From: Euryarchaeota archaeon UBA229
Lineage (GTDB): Archaea > Thermoplasmatota > Poseidoniia > Poseidoniales > Poseidoniaceae
Reading direction: 5' to 3'
Length of the DNA: 45,829 nt
Assembly: GCA_002505355.1 (NCBI GenBank)
Contig: DAUW01000076.1
Span: 50,551 to 96,379 of the forward strand
Made by a program: the position numbers and the translations under genes. The stretch's first letter is position 1. Every line of letters starts with the position of its first letter. Positions 39,152 through 45,829 of the stretch are shown piece after piece. The notes below the pieces were generated by a model. That model was not told the DNA's origin. It saw only the letters and a list, made by a program, of their open reading frames with translations, and did not search any database.

Positions 39152-40321
39152 TTGACGACTAAACAATCAGTGTTAGACAAATGGTTTCTTAGGCAAGATA
39201 TCATTAATCAACTTCTAGAATCTGGTGAGGAATCTGAGTCTGCGTTACAGTTCGCTGAGCGGATAATGCCCGTGGTTGAGGCTGAGGAATCAGAATATCA
39301 GTCATTAGAGGATCCATTTGATCGCTCTGTGGCACTGGTATTGTCGCTCGTCAAAGATCAGGAACTAAATCCATGGGATGTTGACTTGTCGACTTTCTTG
39401 AAAGTGTTTACTAAACGGGTAAGGCTGGAATCTGATAAGCTCAACCTACCTGCTTGCGGACGGTTGATTAGGATGTCTTGGGAGGTTCTAAATCAACAAG
39501 CTATGGTGCTTTTTGACAGAGTTCAAAATATGGATAATGAGGATGATTGGGAAGATGAAATCGATTTTGGTTGGGAGTCTGACTATGACGACCAAGATTA
39601 TTTGTTCACTACCTCAATTCTCGATGGCGAAGTAGATGATATTCTCCCCTCATTATTTGATGAGAGAATTAGGCGTGAAGAGGGCCGGCCAGTAACTTTA
39701 GGTGAACTGTTATCTGCATTCAAAGACGCAGCGGAAGATGCCGAGGAGTTGAGGATAAGGGAAGAAAATCGTCTTGCTCATCAAGCCGAATTGGGTAAAT
39801 ATTTGAGTAATGTTGGAGGCAGAATGCATAATGAAGACCTAGAAGGTGACATATTTCGCTGTTGGACTGCGTTGCGTAAAACCTGCAAAAACCATGGCTC
39901 ATCAAAGGTCAAAGTAATCGATGTTGTAAACCAGTTAGGAAGCATTCTCCAAGCGGAGGGGGGAGAACTTTCAGAGGATTACGGCGAGGAGGCAAAAGTT
40001 GCATCATTCATTGCTAGTTTATTCTTGACGCACAGAGGTTTTGCGCTGATTAGTCAAGACGAAGTACCCTACGGCGACATCATGTTAGAAGACCTATGGC
40101 CTGATATTTCTGACTTTGAGCAGGTCAATCAAAGAATCGAGGAAAAAAAGCGTTTACAATCGAATTCCGCTAGTTTAGAGGATACTGGATCTGTTCAATT
40201 TGCGAAAAAAAGAGCGGAAAAATTACGTTTGAAGGAAGAGAAAGAGCGAGCACAAAAAGCGCGAGAAATTACTGAACAAGATAATGAGACTCTTGAGTCA
40301 CACGAGTGGTTAGTAGAGTGA
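39152..40321 (+). CDS. scpA: Kleisin ScpA
   Basis: LVKDQELNPWDVDL, RPVTLGELL and F.ASLFL...G...ISQ...YGDI motifs; lies between smc and scpB; AGGTGG before TTG 39152. Confidence 0.88.
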   Translation: MTTKQSVLDKWFLRQDIINQLLESGEESESALQFAERIMPVVEAEESEYQSLEDPFDRSVALVLSLVKDQELNPWDVDLSTFLKVFTKRVRLESDKLNLPACGRLIRMSWEVLNQQAMVLFDRVQNMDNEDDWEDEIDFGWESDYDDQDYLFTTSILDGEVDDILPSLFDERIRREEGRPVTLGELLSAFKDAAEDAEELRIREENRLAHQAELGKYLSNVGGRMHNEDLEGDIFRCWTALRKTCKNHGSSKVKVIDVVNQLGSILQAEGGELSEDYGEEAKVASFIASLFLTHRGFALISQDEVPYGDIMLEDLWPDISDFEQVNQRIEEKKRLQSNSASLEDTGSVQFAKKRAEKLRLKEEKERAQKAREITEQDNETLESHEWLVE

Positions 40322-40333
40322 GGATTTGATCAC

Positions 40334-40939
40334 ATGTCGGAATTACAACTTGATACTTTATTAGAAGCAACACTGTTTGGTGCTGGAAGGTCGATGTCGG
40401 TTACAGAACTATGTCAGTCACTTGGTTATGATGAAGATGAGATGCTCGACTGTTTGTATTCACTACGGTCAACTTTGAAGCGAAGACGAGGTGGAGCACT
40501 GCAAATTGCAGAGGTTGGAGATCGTTGGGCAATTGAGGTAAAACCAGACATTGCAGAACATCTACCTAAGGAGGCTAAGACAGAGTTGCCCAAAAAGTTG
40601 CTAAAGGCTGCTTCATTGATAGCCTATCACCAACCTATGTCACAATCAAGGTTAGTCGAGTTACTAGGTCAAAAAGCGTATGATTATGTGCGAGAACTCG
40701 CCCAATACGGTATGATTGATAGAAGGAAAAATGGCAATACTCGAAGGTTGACTACAACAAGGAGATTTTCTGAGGCATTTGGATGCCCATATACCGACCG
40801 CAAAAGAGTAAAAGCGTGGTTTAGAGAACAAGTTCAAAAAACTGGTATGCTAGATGATTTGGAAACGAGTGATGTATTGAGGGATGAGACAGAGTACCAA
40901 GGGACCGTCCAAGAAACTCTCAAGTTTGAAGAAGAGTAA
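40334..40939 (+). CDS. scpB: Kite subunit ScpB
   Basis: LEATLF, LIAYHQP and TT.RF...FG motifs. Confidence 0.93.
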   Translation: MSELQLDTLLEATLFGAGRSMSVTELCQSLGYDEDEMLDCLYSLRSTLKRRRGGALQIAEVGDRWAIEVKPDIAEHLPKEAKTELPKKLLKAASLIAYHQPMSQSRLVELLGQKAYDYVRELAQYGMIDRRKNGNTRRLTTTRRFSEAFGCPYTDRKRVKAWFREQVQKTGMLDDLETSDVLRDETEYQGTVQETLKFEEE

Positions 40940-42238
40940 TCACTCAGATCTTAACTGTTCTAGGATAACTTTCACAGTCGTTTGGGTTTTGGGTCCGCTA
41001 TGAGCTTGCAGTCTCGAAGCAACAATCTCTACTTCATCGCCAATCGCTCCAGCGCTTACGGCCATATTACGTGCGTGCAGTTTCATGTGGCCAGCCTGGA
41101 TACCATTGGTTGCTAATGCTCTCAGGGCTCCAAGGTTTTGTGCTAGGCCAGCAGCACACATTATGCTGGCTAGCTCATTTGCTGAATTTACTCCTAAAAT
41201 TGCCAGGTTAGCTTTGGCGGTCGGGTGGACCTTAGAAGCGCCTCCTACTATTCCAACTGCCATTGGGGTTTCGATTGAGCCAACTAGATTCCCCTGTTCG
41301 TTGACTTGCCAATCAGTCATTGATGTATAGCGGTTGTTGGCATGAGCACACCATGCGTGGCATCCAGCCTCGATTGCGCGCCAATCTTGGCCACAAGCGA
41401 CTCCTACACTGCTAATTGCATTCATGACTCCCTTGTTGTGCGTAGTGGCTCTAAATGGGTCCGCTACAGCAAAATGATGGGCTTCAATAATGCCGGTGAT
41501 AACTTCTTGTCCATTTTCAAAACTGCCATCATTTGATAGTTCTTCAGGGGTAAAAGTTGCCTCTATTCTAGCTAATCTGTGGGCTGCTAAATTGGATAGA
41601 ATCTTCAAATGCACTCTTCCTTTGGTTAATCTCTCAACTTCAGGCGCAATCAACTCAGCCATGGTGTTAACCGCATTTGCTCCCATCGCATCTCTGCAAT
41701 CGACAATTATGTGTAGAATTAACATCGGTCCAGATAATGATTCAATTACCCTAGTTTCGATGCGTTTGCAGCCGCCACCAAGCTTAATCATAGTCGAAGG
41801 TAGACTATTGCACAAGGCAATTATTTGGTCCCTTGATTGATTAAGTTGTGACAATGCTTCCTCAACGTCAGGAACATCAAGAATTTGTAGTTGACCAATC
41901 ATCAGTGGTCCGTCATTTTGACTGTGAAATCCGCCATGCTGTAAACATCTTTTCGCCATATTAGACGCAGCAGCAACTACACTTGATTCCTCTAAACAGA
42001 ACGGGATCAAGTAATGCTTGCCGTCAACAACAAAATTGGTGGCAATGCCTACTGGCAACGACATTGTTCCAATAACATTCTCAATCATTCGGTCAGCCGC
42101 TTCATCAGACAATTCACCATTATCAGCTAACGCATCAACATGCTCTTGAGTGATTCCTGATAGTTTCTGAACCAATTTTCTTCGTTCAGTCACTGATAGT
42201 TTGAAGAAACCACTCAGTCGGCTATTCTCTACCGGCAC
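40940..42238 (-). CDS. mvaA: HMG-CoA reductase, class II (bacterial/degradative type)
   Basis: SRLSGFFK, ENVIG, EESSVVAA, DAMGAN, THNKG, DWRAIEAG and GIQAGHMKLH motifs; GGTGA before GTG 42238. Confidence 0.93.
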   Translation of the reverse strand: MPVENSRLSGFFKLSVTERRKLVQKLSGITQEHVDALADNGELSDEAADRMIENVIGTMSLPVGIATNFVVDGKHYLIPFCLEESSVVAAASNMAKRCLQHGGFHSQNDGPLMIGQLQILDVPDVEEALSQLNQSRDQIIALCNSLPSTMIKLGGGCKRIETRVIESLSGPMLILHIIVDCRDAMGANAVNTMAELIAPEVERLTKGRVHLKILSNLAAHRLARIEATFTPEELSNDGSFENGQEVITGIIEAHHFAVADPFRATTHNKGVMNAISSVGVACGQDWRAIEAGCHAWCAHANNRYTSMTDWQVNEQGNLVGSIETPMAVGIVGGASKVHPTAKANLAILGVNSANELASIMCAAGLAQNLGALRALATNGIQAGHMKLHARNMAVSAGAIGDEVEIVASRLQAHSGPKTQTTVKVILEQLRSE

Positions 42239-42299
42239 GCTCTCACCAAGGCTATGCATGAGTAGTTGGCAAATAAGTAATAGGTTCATTTGCCGCTTT

Positions 42300-42356
42300 A
42301 TTAACGGGTTTAACGCAATTATTAACGCGTTAATTTAGCGTTAATCAAGCGTTAAT
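42300..42356. promoter_or_regulatory. Inverted array of six TTAACG boxes around a 14-bp palindrome, in a divergent intergenic region
   Basis: TTAACG at 42301, 42310 and 42322; CGTTAA at 42328, 42339 and 42350; ATTAACGCGTTAAT at 42321-42334. The regulatory role is inferred. Confidence 0.7.
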
Positions 42357-42444
42357 TTCTAACTAAACCATGCTTGAATCTAGCGATTAACACAAAATAA
42401 CGGCTTATTTCGATGGTCAAGCAGGTTAAACATCAAATACCTCA

Positions 42445-44223
42445 TTGAGTGATGTCGCTCTCATGCGTGCAGATGGTCTAGGATTTGAGTTGCCAGAGTT
42501 GAGTTCAAATCCATTTTCGGCGATTCCTCTCGAAGGTGATAAGTCAGACTTATATGTCGGTAGATTAGATATCAGGAGACGCCTTGCACAACACATCAAA
42601 TTTAGATCTACCAGGAGGATATTGATGGTCGGGGACTTAGGAAGCGGGCGTACATCACTGCTTCGATGTGCAGCATTGGAAGCGCCAGTATCGGTGCACA
42701 TCGACCATATCTCTGCCTCAAACCCCCATGAGAGTTTGCTCCAAAGAATGTATTCCGAGTTAGTGGATTATCAATTCCCAGTGAATACAGTCGAACTGGT
42801 TAATCGCATGGTTGATTTTTCCCAAACCTTTACTGGAAGTCTACCATTGATCGTAATCGATACACCAAACGTAGAAGATAGCGTATTGTTTGTTGCACTG
42901 AGGGATGTTTTACCATCGCTTGAGCGACTTCAAGCAGTCATTGTTGTCGTGGTAGAATCAAAGCATCGTGTTAACATTAAGCAAAATGTATTGCATAGTT
43001 TTGACAGCGTCGAAACATTATCGCCACTATCGGTGGATGAAGTACAGGCTCTTGTTGAGAAACGCATATCATCAGTTAGTAAAGAAAGCTTCAATCTTGA
43101 TTTTCAGCATGCTGAGACAATTCATAACCAGTCCGACGGTCTACCTTTAGCGGTGGTAAAGTTCATGCGTGATGCCATAGACAACTACCACTCATCTGGT
43201 GTTGATTACCTCACATCGGTGCCTAAACCACCACCGGTAGAATCTACTGACGTTGAGCCGATGAATATCGGAGTTGCGCCACAAGATAACAAGCCAGATA
43301 GTCAATCATCTGAGATTATTGATGCATCAATACCGTGGGATGAAAGAGATTCCGAGATAGATGATTTGACCATCGATTCATCGCCCAATCTTTTTGACTT
43401 TGATTTGGATTTACACGGTCTATCCGAATCACAACAGTTAGATGCGCCGGTCGAGGAATTTGCCTATTCAGCAAGCCCCGATACAGAGGAAGTGATTATT
43501 GCTGACGCTAGACCGAAACCTCACATCGATGCTGGTGCATTTGGGGGTTTGCTTGGAAGAACCCGTGACTTCGACGAGATGGAGAAAACCGAGCAAGAAG
43601 AGATGGTAAATCAGTCAAATAATCACGGAACCGAGCTTTGGGTCTCAAAAGAGATGATAGACGTACAGGAAACCATTGACTTCACCGAGCAGAACTCAGC
43701 GGAGCTAATCTACGATGAAGTCGGTCTACAAGAAACAGAACATAATGATGATCAATTTGAACCACTGCCCGATCACGAGGTTGAAGAATCAGCTAAATTG
43801 CCAGGTTTAACTAGCGATAATCTAGCCTTGAATCAGATAATGCTGCTCCTGTCAAATTATCTTAATTCGATGCAAAAGCACGGCAACATCGATGACAATT
43901 TCCTCGCCAACATGCTAAGTTTCAGCAAAACGCCATATGCAGAAAAAATTGATTTTCCGTTAAATCCTACGGTGTTATCTTGTTTAACAGCAAGTGAGTC
44001 TTACATAATTTCTGTTGCTAAAATAAGAAAGTACTCACCTAGCGATAAGCAAATACTTGCACACCTAGGAATAAAGCGTCCTAGACTATCTCAAATAAGT
44101 AACAAACTACTGAAGGCAGGTATATTAAACGCTAGAATGAGGGGCCGTAGCCGCTATTATGAACTAACCCAGTCAGCCAAAGCCCAACTAATAGCATGGG
44201 GTATAATGGAGGGTGATGAGTAA
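42445..44223 (+). CDS. AAA+/P-loop domain, acidic linker and C-terminal winged-helix protein
   Basis: NPF, YVGR, GDLGSGRTS, LIVID, L.PLS.DEV..LV..RI and SDGLP motifs; C-terminal HTH/wing LGIKRPRLSQISNKLLKAGIL...RGRSRYYELT. Confidence 0.78.
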   Translation: MSDVALMRADGLGFELPELSSNPFSAIPLEGDKSDLYVGRLDIRRRLAQHIKFRSTRRILMVGDLGSGRTSLLRCAALEAPVSVHIDHISASNPHESLLQRMYSELVDYQFPVNTVELVNRMVDFSQTFTGSLPLIVIDTPNVEDSVLFVALRDVLPSLERLQAVIVVVVESKHRVNIKQNVLHSFDSVETLSPLSVDEVQALVEKRISSVSKESFNLDFQHAETIHNQSDGLPLAVVKFMRDAIDNYHSSGVDYLTSVPKPPPVESTDVEPMNIGVAPQDNKPDSQSSEIIDASIPWDERDSEIDDLTIDSSPNLFDFDLDLHGLSESQQLDAPVEEFAYSASPDTEEVIIADARPKPHIDAGAFGGLLGRTRDFDEMEKTEQEEMVNQSNNHGTELWVSKEMIDVQETIDFTEQNSAELIYDEVGLQETEHNDDQFEPLPDHEVEESAKLPGLTSDNLALNQIMLLLSNYLNSMQKHGNIDDNFLANMLSFSKTPYAEKIDFPLNPTVLSCLTASESYIISVAKIRKYSPSDKQILAHLGIKRPRLSQISNKLLKAGILNARMRGRSRYYELTQSAKAQLIAWGIMEGDE

Positions 44224-45269
44224 TGTCTTGGAGTATTTCATGGTCATGGCAGGCAGAGCAGCGAATCTCTTCGATTGCCGCAGTAGAGGGCGGAGTGGTA
44301 ATCAGTAATGGTTTGCGATTAGTTCTAATCGAATCTAATGGAGAGATTAGGTGGAGTGTCAAAACTCCGTTTAAGGTGCACTCGATAAGTTATCAAAATG
44401 GCGTCCTCGCTGTGTTAGCAGCACACGGATTCTATGTCATGTCAACAACCGATGGTAGTATGTTGCATGAAGGTAGGTCAACTTATGGAGGATTCAATGA
44501 CGTTGTTCCAAGGCCCGGAGGTGGCTGGATATTATCCGGGAAAGAAGGTCAATTGCACTTATTTTCGCACGAGGGAATTGGAATTAAGCGCTTTACCACT
44601 GGTAAGGTTAGAAGATTGGTTGGATGGCTCGATAGGGAACATATTCTCTGGCAATCCGATGATGGTAAATTATGGTGTGGTAGGCTAGGCAATAATTATT
44701 CGAAGCGCTGCTTAGAAGATAGAATTTGGAGTTGGGTCTCAAGAATCGATTATGGACGCATATTGTTACAGACTAGTTCAGGAGAAGTTTGGGAGGGGGT
44801 GCCTCACCCATATGGTTGGGACTATATCGAAAAGTTGCAATCCGACTCGCTAGAGCCAATGGAGGGCATTAGATGCGGAGATGGTTGGTGGATTCTTGGA
44901 ATCGAAGGATTACTGTATCATCTCTCGGGATCAAATGATGATGGCGCTAATGTTCTGGGGCAAAATATGAATCTTGGAGATCTGCTGCAGAAGGTTACAG
45001 CGGATAGCATGGTTACTGCGACTAGGGATGGTTTAGTTCGAATGTGGAAAGCACCACACTTGGCTGATTCAGAGCGGGAAAGTCGTTTCAAGGCTGCTGC
45101 TGATGCGGCCTTAGCGAGAAACTGGGACGAAAGAAAGTCGATATTTGACAGAGCTAGGCAGGCTGAGGATGAAGGCAGGCTATCACTCGCAGTGGAATTG
45201 TATCAAACCCTTGGTCGTTTAGAGGATGTTAAACGATTGCTGCATCGTCAAAAGGAGGGTGGCGAGTGA
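44223..45269 (+). CDS. Beta-propeller (PQQ/WD-like) protein with C-terminal helical hairpin
   Basis: Repeated Trp/Gly-rich blades (GEIRWS, G.L.L, DG.VRMW) and a TPR-like end; TAATG overlap with the upstream gene. Confidence 0.65.
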   Translation: MSWSISWSWQAEQRISSIAAVEGGVVISNGLRLVLIESNGEIRWSVKTPFKVHSISYQNGVLAVLAAHGFYVMSTTDGSMLHEGRSTYGGFNDVVPRPGGGWILSGKEGQLHLFSHEGIGIKRFTTGKVRRLVGWLDREHILWQSDDGKLWCGRLGNNYSKRCLEDRIWSWVSRIDYGRILLQTSSGEVWEGVPHPYGWDYIEKLQSDSLEPMEGIRCGDGWWILGIEGLLYHLSGSNDDGANVLGQNMNLGDLLQKVTADSMVTATRDGLVRMWKAPHLADSERESRFKAAADAALARNWDERKSIFDRARQAEDEGRLSLAVELYQTLGRLEDVKRLLHRQKEGGE

Positions 45270-45565
45270 AGCAAATCAACGATCGAATTTCTCGAGAAAA
45301 GCTCGAGCATTATCTAGCCCTAACAAATGCAGCGAGGGAAAAAGCCACGCCAATATATCAACCAGAATCAAAGGAAGGCAACATGTTGTCGATACTGCTA
45401 AGAATGGCCGATGATTATGCGAACGATGCACAGTATTTCATGAAAAATGGTGACTACATTAGAGCATTTGGGGCAATCAACTATGCTCATGCATGGATTG
45501 ATGCTGGCGTAAAATTGCAGCTATTAGATGGCCACGGTGATGATGAATTGTTCACTCTACCGTAA
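45266..45565 (+). CDS. DUF357-family protein
   Basis: MA..Y..DA.YF...GD...AFGAINYAHAWIDAG motif; GTGA overlap. Confidence 0.85.
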   Translation: MKQINDRISREKLEHYLALTNAAREKATPIYQPESKEGNMLSILLRMADDYANDAQYFMKNGDYIRAFGAINYAHAWIDAGVKLQLLDGHGDDELFTLP

Positions 45566-45570
45566 CCTTT

Positions 45571-45829
45571 CTATAGACCTTCTACCAATCTGAGGTGTTG
45601 GTTTTTTGACACCTCAATAACGTCTATTCCTCGCTGGTAGAGGCGTTTCTTCAAAACTTTGTCAATAGTTAAAACGGCATAATTTCCGGTCTCAGCTAAA
45701 GCAAATATTTGATCATCAGTATGAAAATTAGATTCCGGTTCTAGCGAAACAGATTTTTGTTTGAGCAAATCCAGCAACAGGGAATTCTTCCAAGATCAAG
45801 TGTAGTTTAGATTAAACAATTCTTGTTCT
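45571..45829 (-). CDS. PIN-domain (Fcf1/VapC9-like) protein, 3' part, cut by the window edge and containing an in-frame TGA
   Basis: TDDQI..LA......V.T.DK.LKKRL...GI.VI motif; TGA at 45796-45798. Confidence 0.6.

Noticed and set aside
40940..42238. Bacterial-type class II HMG-CoA reductase in an archaeon
   Set aside because: Already established for Thermoplasmatales and Archaeoglobus, so not novel.
42300..42356. Repeat array as a CRISPR or canonical ORB origin
   Set aside because: Units are only 6-8 bp with no spacers or cas genes, and there is no ORB consensus or G-string. Kept only as a putative binding array.

Overview
Chromosomal housekeeping region of a marine euryarchaeon. The gene content and order point to Marine Group II / Ca. 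Poseidoniales (inference). It carries an archaeal shikimate-pathway operon (aroA'-aroB'-aroK-aroC plus aspartokinase), purP, tryptophan 2,3-dioxygenase, rpoK, heme A/heme O synthases, tRNA-Ser(GCT), a large surface protein, a pilin-like lamin-tail protein followed by three KaiC/RAD55-fold genes, a complete A1AO ATP synthase operon (H-I-K-E-C-F-A-B-D), panE, nadB, smc-scpA-scpB, class II HMG-CoA reductase and an AAA+/winged-helix operon. I saw no mobile element, CRISPR array or rRNA. Four observations stand out. (1) A canonical pair of EF-hands, flanked by His-rich segments, is inserted in ATP synthase subunit I/a just before its membrane domain, suggesting a Ca2+-responsive A-type ATP synthase. 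(2) A phased inverted array of TTAACG boxes lies directly upstream of a degenerate AAA+-winged-helix gene close to smc-scpAB. (3) An M50/EGY-like pseudoprotease follows the ATP synthase operon. (4) A KaiC active/inactive triad is linked to a pilin-like protein. All calls come from reading motifs by eye; no database searches were run.
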